Positions 57,831-64,000 of a DNA stretch of 64,000 nucleotides are shown piece by piece. The translations under genes and the position numbers were made by a program. Source of the stretch: the human T2T-CHM13v2.0 reference genome, Homo sapiens. Position 1 is the first letter of the stretch. Each line of letters opens with the position of its first letter. The notes beneath the pieces were generated by a model, which was not told where the DNA came from, did not search any database, and saw only the letters and a list, made by a program, of their open reading frames with translations. The stretch lies in NCBI RefSeq assembly GCF_009914755.1, contig NC_060933.1; one strand, given 5' to 3'.

Positions 57831-59890
57831 ATGGGTCCTCTCTTGGTGATTGTTACATGACAGCTGTTTGCATCACCTTAGCAACTTAAAGATAAATTGT
57901 TTAAAGATAAATTGGCGTCGTTTCATACAAACATTAAAGAAAATGGTAATGTCCAACAGGCACAGAGTGCCCACCTAATTACTGTTCCAGGGGTCCTCAG
58001 AGGCTGTTTTCCTACTGTCTTCTTGATTTTTAAAATATATTTTAGTTGATTGGTTTTATTCATGCCATAATTGGTGGAAATTAATCCTTGATTCTATAAA
58101 TTTTTACCTAGTCCGTTTCCAATGTTTTTTGTTTGTTTGTTTCTCTTTCCTTACTTATTTATTTATGCTTTTCTTTTACTTTTTTTGTAAAGTGGAATAA
58201 GTTAGGAATGAGTATATTATGACCAACTAAACTGAGTAGTTTTATGTCAAGTTGCAAATTATGTTAAGTATCAAATATTTGATTTTTTTAGATTTCAAAA
58301 TAGTCACGTTTTCAGAAAAAATCATTAGTAGTTTTCTAAAAATAAAATCCTCTTGATTCAACAAAACATACTTGATGTGGTTTTTCCTCCCAAAACAGGC
58401 TCCTCCTTGAGTTATTGGGAATAAGTAATGCTTCTCAATAAAGCTTCGTGTCAACAAATCTGAACATATAACATCTCAGCTAGAGCAAGTTACTAAAAAT
58501 AGGCTCAATTTGTAGCTTGCAGTCATGCCTTCATAACCACTTTTCAATTAATCCTGCTTAATTCAGAGAATGTATAAATATGTAATTTTGCATGACTTTT
58601 AAGGCAGCCATTTTATTTTGAAACGCAACTAACGTTATATGCATAAATTCAATAAATATAAAGCTGTTTTCAAAAATTGAATGTTTTTACTTGTAAGTTA
58701 TTCTTTCAATAATAATAAAGAGATGATCACTAGTCAGTTTATTTTTCATAGTTGAATTGATTTAGTTGAACTTCATTGGGTGTTCTTACGTTTTAGTCAT
58801 GAGTCCATGCTCTTTAACAAGCTAAAGGAAACCATATTATATGCTAAAAGATGTCAGTTTGTGAACAATTTAATGAATATATAGAGTTACAACATTTTTC
58901 CCGATTGGATGTTGGGGTTTACTATAATTCTTTGTTACTTTATATGTGAATATACTCACTACTCACTATGTTTATGTATGTAGGAAACATGCTAGTGATG
59001 AAAATTCAAGCAGTTATTACCCTAGTTTTCTTTCATTAACAAAATACAGAATAGAAATTATCTACTTATTCTTGGAGGTCTTAAAATATCTTTTCAGTTG
59101 ACTGATAATTCTGCTATCAAGAGCTACAAGTAGGTGCTCTGGCCGTCTATATCTGTATTTCCATATATTCAATTCCTTACTATATATTTCTCATTTGATA
59201 TTCTATACCCAATTCAAACAAAACCATTTCATGTATACAATGTACTTTTATTTATGCTTTTCTCTATCATTAAGTAGAAAGCCATTTGCACCTTAGTCTA
59301 AATCTGAAATGTGCCTCTACCTAACCTTTGTAATACATTTTCACTATTTCTTAGTTATTAGAATAAATTTACATAATTTCTGAAACAACTTTCTCTATGG
59401 AGTATTCCCTTTAGTTTCTTTTCCCTTCCAAACAATTTAATGAATTACAAATATGGGGGAGATATTTTTTCAATGGGTAAGACTTGACTTCTACAAATAC
59501 ATGTTTAATTCCTTCTCAAAATTATTTCTACTTCCTCTTATTCAACACTGTGCTAGATTTTAGGGATATATAATAAGACAATATATGAGGTCCTTGCTGT
59601 TGTGAAAGGTACATTCTTATCTTTGGCAAATTGTAGAATCTTTAGCTTTGGTATGCAAGGGCATTGGTGTTTGGTACATGCTTGGCTCTTTGCCTTAAGA
59701 ATTGCCTCTTTCCACCATGCATATTTCACCTGTGTGGGAATTCTTGCAGATCTCTATATTATTGATAGCCATTTTGCTCCGACATTTTATACAAAGCTGA
59801 ATCAGCAACAGTATGACTAAACACAACCAAAAAAGAAAGCTAGAAAGATTATATTAGACACTTACATGTATGGATCATTATGGTGAGGAC

Positions 59891-60327
59891 TGCTAAAAAA
59901 CAAAACAAAACAAAAAAAAACACCTTCAGCCAAAATAAATTTACAGTTTAATTGAGTAATGAATGATTGATAAATTGGAAAGCCCCCACAATCACAGCAG
60001 ATTCAGAGAGACTCCAGGGGTGTCTCATGGTCAGAATGAATTTATAGACAACACAAAGTAAAGTGACGTATAGAAATCAGAAGTGAGGTACAGAAACAGC
60101 TGGATTGGTTACAGCTTGGCACTTGCCTTATTTGAACACTCAGCTGTACGCCACTAGTTGAAGTATGGCTGCTGGAATTGGCCAAGACTCAGCGATTGTT
60201 ACAGGCGCATATTCCTAAGTTAGGTTTTAGTCTTGTGTACCTATTGAGTTAGGTTGCAGTTCATTCACAAGGACTGAAATATAGAAGTATGGCATTTTTC
60301 TCAGGCCATATTTAATGTGCTTTAACA
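59891..60327 (-). mobile_element. MER57-like ERV1 solo LTR
   Basis: TG..CA ends, perfect TSD ggac; cagattcagagagactccag, gaagtgaggtacagaaacagctggattggttacagc. Confidence 0.88.
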
Positions 60328-60621
60328 GGACTTTGGGTATGTCATTGTATTTTACTAATATATTTTACAAACACCCCATGTTATCTTAATCTATTTAAGT
60401 TCACACTTTTTAATCAAATTTTACTTTAAATGTATCTAACCTCCTAAACTTCTGCCTTTGTGAACCAATAATACTTTTTCCAAATTCTTATTATAGCACA
60501 TATCAGACTATATAGCTATAGACACTTTGGCATCATTGTTTTCCCATACAAAACACAATACATTTAATGAATTAATGAATGATGCATCAGCAAAGAAGGT
60601 TTTACTGAAAGTAAGAAAAAT

Positions 60622-61970
60622 TATAAGCCAGTTTGGGTTTCCCAAGAATCAGACACCAAGATGGAATTACACATATAAGAGAGTAACCAGAGAAAACACC
60701 TTTGAAGAATAAAAAGAAGATAGAGCAAAAGGAGGCTGCAAGAGCCTCCAGATCATGATGCAAGCCTGGCACCTCAAAACAAGAGAGAGCATGAAAGATA
60801 ATTGGAAAGGAGGAGCCTCAGAGAAGAGTGCACATCTGAGAAATTGTCAGCCACACTGAAAGAGCACCAAAGTGAACTTTGACCTTTAGATGAGTCCATG
60901 TGGGACAAGAATGAAAAGCCCTATAATATCTTCCTTGCTCAGCATTGGCAGGGAGCAACCTAAGGAGAGCATGGCACCTGCATGTAAGCCAAAAATAAAA
61001 TTCAATGTCCGTTAACCAACTAAATGGGCCCTTTATCTTGGCCAAGGGCATTTTAAACTAAACCTGAAACAGTAATGGCCATGATGGAAATGGGTGGTTG
61101 AACATGCCTCGTTATTTACTTTCATCCTTTCGGAATTCATGCATAGCTGAACAGTGTTAACATTAAAGTAGAGACTTAAGAATGACAAAACAGACTCTTC
61201 GTAGCAATAAGATATCAACATGACAGATAGCAGGCCTTGAAAGAAATCAAAGTATTTCACCACAAAAATACATTTCTTTGACATATTTTGAAATGGCCCT
61301 ACAAGGCTGTTTCTGTGGGGAAAATCTCCATTTTGTAGAGAATCCCCTTCTCTTTCCAAGTCTTTTTCCTGATTTTTCCTGATTCCAAGTCCTTTTTCCT
61401 TTTTATGTCTGATAAAAATCATTTACAATCTATTCTCAGTGAAGCCTGCTACCTGCAAGCTTCATCTGCATAAGAACCTTGGTCTCTAAAACACCTTATC
61501 TTAACCCATACACTCCTGTCTATTGATTCCGGTCTTTAGATAAATTATTTTAGCCAGTTGTCAAATGCCAATCAGAAAATCTTCGAATTCACCTTTAACC
61601 TGGAAGCCTTCACCCACCCCACCCCCACCTGCTTTGAGTTGTCTCACCTTTCCCAATTTTACCAATGTGTATCTTAGGTGTACTGATTGATGTCTTATGT
61701 CTCCCTCACATGTATAAATCCAAGCTGTAGCCCAACAACCTTGGCACATGTTCTTAGGATCTCCTGGGCTGTGTGACAGGCCGAGGTCACTCATATTTGC
61801 CTCAGAATAAATCTCTTCAAATATTTCACAGAGTTTGACTCTTTTCTTCAACATGCATTACCACTGTAGTAGCTCTGAAGTGGTTGAGTTGGAGGTAACC
61901 CACCAACAACCCTCCTCATGGAAATTTCTCTTGAATGAAAATATGGGAGGAGTAAATTCTTCACTGCCAA
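60622..61970 (-). mobile_element. Old ERVL-class LTR (LTR16-like; family uncertain) split by MER4
   Basis: gggtttcccaagaatcagacaccaagatgg..gctcagcattggcagggagca; resumes after 61857. Confidence 0.5.
60983..61853 (+). mobile_element. MER4D-like ERV1 solo LTR (871 bp)
   Basis: tgtaagccaaaaataaaatt...cagaataaatctcttcaaatatttcacagagtttgactcttttcttcaaca; perfect TSD tgca. Confidence 0.9.
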
Positions 61971-62029
61971 ATGCTATTTCAAATTCTTTCAAGCATAAGG
62001 TAAATTCATTATTTAACATAAAAGTCAAT

Positions 62030-62460
62030 CAAGAGGTAAAAAGAGGTCACAGTTTGCTTACGTATTTTCTGGCACTTCTTTGCTATTGGCTGTGTCACTT
62101 TTACCCTTAACATTTCTGCAAAAATGTCTGCAGACATTTAGGGTCATCATATTCAGATACAACCTTACCCAGAAGACCAAGAAAGAGACACCAAGAGAAA
62201 CATTTATCTTAAAAACTCTTAAGGTAATTTGCCCTGATTTGCCTTTGTACTGAATTGGGCCATATGCGTATTTTTGTTCTTATTTTTGGCAAAGAATCAG
62301 GCTATACTTAGAGTAATCACATCATACCTGAATCTGAAGATGAGACAGTAAACTTAGAGAAGTACTGAAGCCTTGGAAGCCTTGGATATATTGAATATGT
62401 TCTATTTTAGAAAGAAAAGGTGAGATAATGTATGCTGGCAGTCAACCAACAGCATATGCT
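62030..62460 (-). mobile_element. Old MLT1 (K/L-like) LTR fragment
   Basis: gaattgggccatatg..tggcaaag; tgttctattttagaaagaa..atgctggcagtcaaccaacag. Confidence 0.5.
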
Positions 62461-63344
62461 CCTAATGAACAACTGGAGAGTCATTTAAGTTCAATGTTGG
62501 GGATTTTATTAGAAACTGTAAGATGAACACACAATTCATTTTCTCTTTCCTTGTAAATTTGGACAATATTTGCTATATTCGCCTATATTTTGGCATAGAA
62601 ATTTAGGTTCTAAGTATATAGTAGTGATGTAGCCTTCTTACAGGGTCACATAGACCCAGAATTAATAATTTTTAACACTCTTTTTATTCTCTCTGGTTGG
62701 CTAACATTAAAACAATCCACAGAAAACCCCCAAGAGCTACGTATTGAGGATGGCAAAACCACAGATGGGAAAATAATAAATCTTTGAATGACCCTGCAGG
62801 AAATCACAGATAGCATTCCTATTATTTAAGCAAGCAATAACTTTTATTGTTTTAAGAGTTGGAGGTTTAATTTTTTCAGCATTACTGTTACCACAATTAT
62901 TACAGGAAATGAAACCAGTAAAAAAAAAAATAGAGGGAACAAGGTTTATTGACATCTATGAGGCATTTTCTTTCCCCTAATATTACATACTCTAGATTTT
63001 ATTTCTGCACAAAAAATATTCTCTATGTCTAGCCTAAAGAACTATGTCTTATTCATATTTATACTCTTCATAGATCAAAAGTGTGCTTAAAATACTGTAC
63101 ATTTAATGAGTTATTTTTGAATGTAAGCAACTTTGAATTCATCTTTGCATTTTTAATCTTATGTTTCTATTAAATGTATTATTAAATTCTACTAACACTT
63201 TCCTCAAAATAATTCTCAATATTTTGGTTTTTAATTTTTTACTGCCTTTGCATTCTCCTGGCAGAGACCCATTTCACCTCTCCTATAGATTATTTCATAA
63301 AGATTTTATCGTCTGTATCATATATATTTACAATATTAAAAGTT

Positions 63345-63520
63345 ATCTGTAGCACGCTCTCATTGTTGCTTATAGATTAGGTTTGCTTCTCTATGTACTA
63401 CTCTGGTAGGCAGTGGTTAAATATACTGCTTTAAGCCTTTTCACAGTACCTTCTATAATATCATCATGCACAATTTTAGGCACACAGCAGAAAATCAATG
63501 AAACATATTTAATTGACTAA
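63345..63520 (+). mobile_element. L2 3'-end fragment
   Basis: cacagtacc..aggcacacagcagaaaatcaatgaaacatatttaattgact. Confidence 0.45.
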
Positions 63521-64000
63521 AAATTGAAAAACATTGGTATATATGTAGGACAGATACTGATATTTTTATAAGCTCAACTCTGAAATGGTGATGCATAAAA
63601 AGTTGATAATTCCTTTTAGCAGAAACTATTAATAGTCATTTTTCAACATAATGCAAAATATATTTGAGATTGATAAATATTTTAGAACTCAAGTGCAAGA
63701 AAGCCATTAAGGGAATCCCACAATTTTTGTTGTTTCTAAAACCTAATATAATTTAAGATTATGAACAGCCTTCTTTCTCAGAAGAAAAACATATCACCAA
63801 CCCACCACATTAAAAAAATGCATTATTCCAATCAATCTTGTTAATATACCATAGAAATTGAATTTTTTAAAAAAATTCAGAACTTTAAAAATAAATACTA
63901 ACCATAATAGCTCAATTAAAATTATATCTATATTCTTGGAGGTTTTCAAATGCCATATCTAAAAACAGGATATAGTAAGGTATATCCAGGGATAAACTAG

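Noticed and set aside
61033-61854. 129-aa and 97-aa ORFs
   Set aside because: Entirely inside the MER4 solo LTR, on the antisense strand.

Overview
This is AT-rich, repeat-dense primate DNA, almost certainly human: it contains an AluYb8 and an AluYh-lineage element. I find no supportable protein-coding gene. Every ORF I can recognise is a remnant of L1, Alu, MaLR/ERV or Tigger1, or part of a pseudogene. The window is a nested mosaic of transposable elements: an L1PB-type element with a ~280-bp monomer array in its 5'UTR interrupted by a full THE1, a near-full-length Tigger1, a full MSTA, several solo LTRs, an inverted L1PA2, and many Alus and old L1M/L2/MIR fragments. It also holds two RNA-derived retrocopies. 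One is a full-length 7SL pseudogene (~28196-28479). The other, the most notable feature, is a chimeric SNORA70 + retained intron + spliced RPL10 3'-exon retrocopy (33783-34293) whose A-tail has turned into an (ATCT)12 STR. The AluYh7-like element and the 7SL/SNORA70 pair suggest a pericentromeric segmental-duplication family, but that rests on my recollection and needs checking. I see no new biological system. The findings are unusual molecular fossils and rearrangement scars. Subfamily names come from remembered consensus sequences, and the boundaries of old repeats are approximate.
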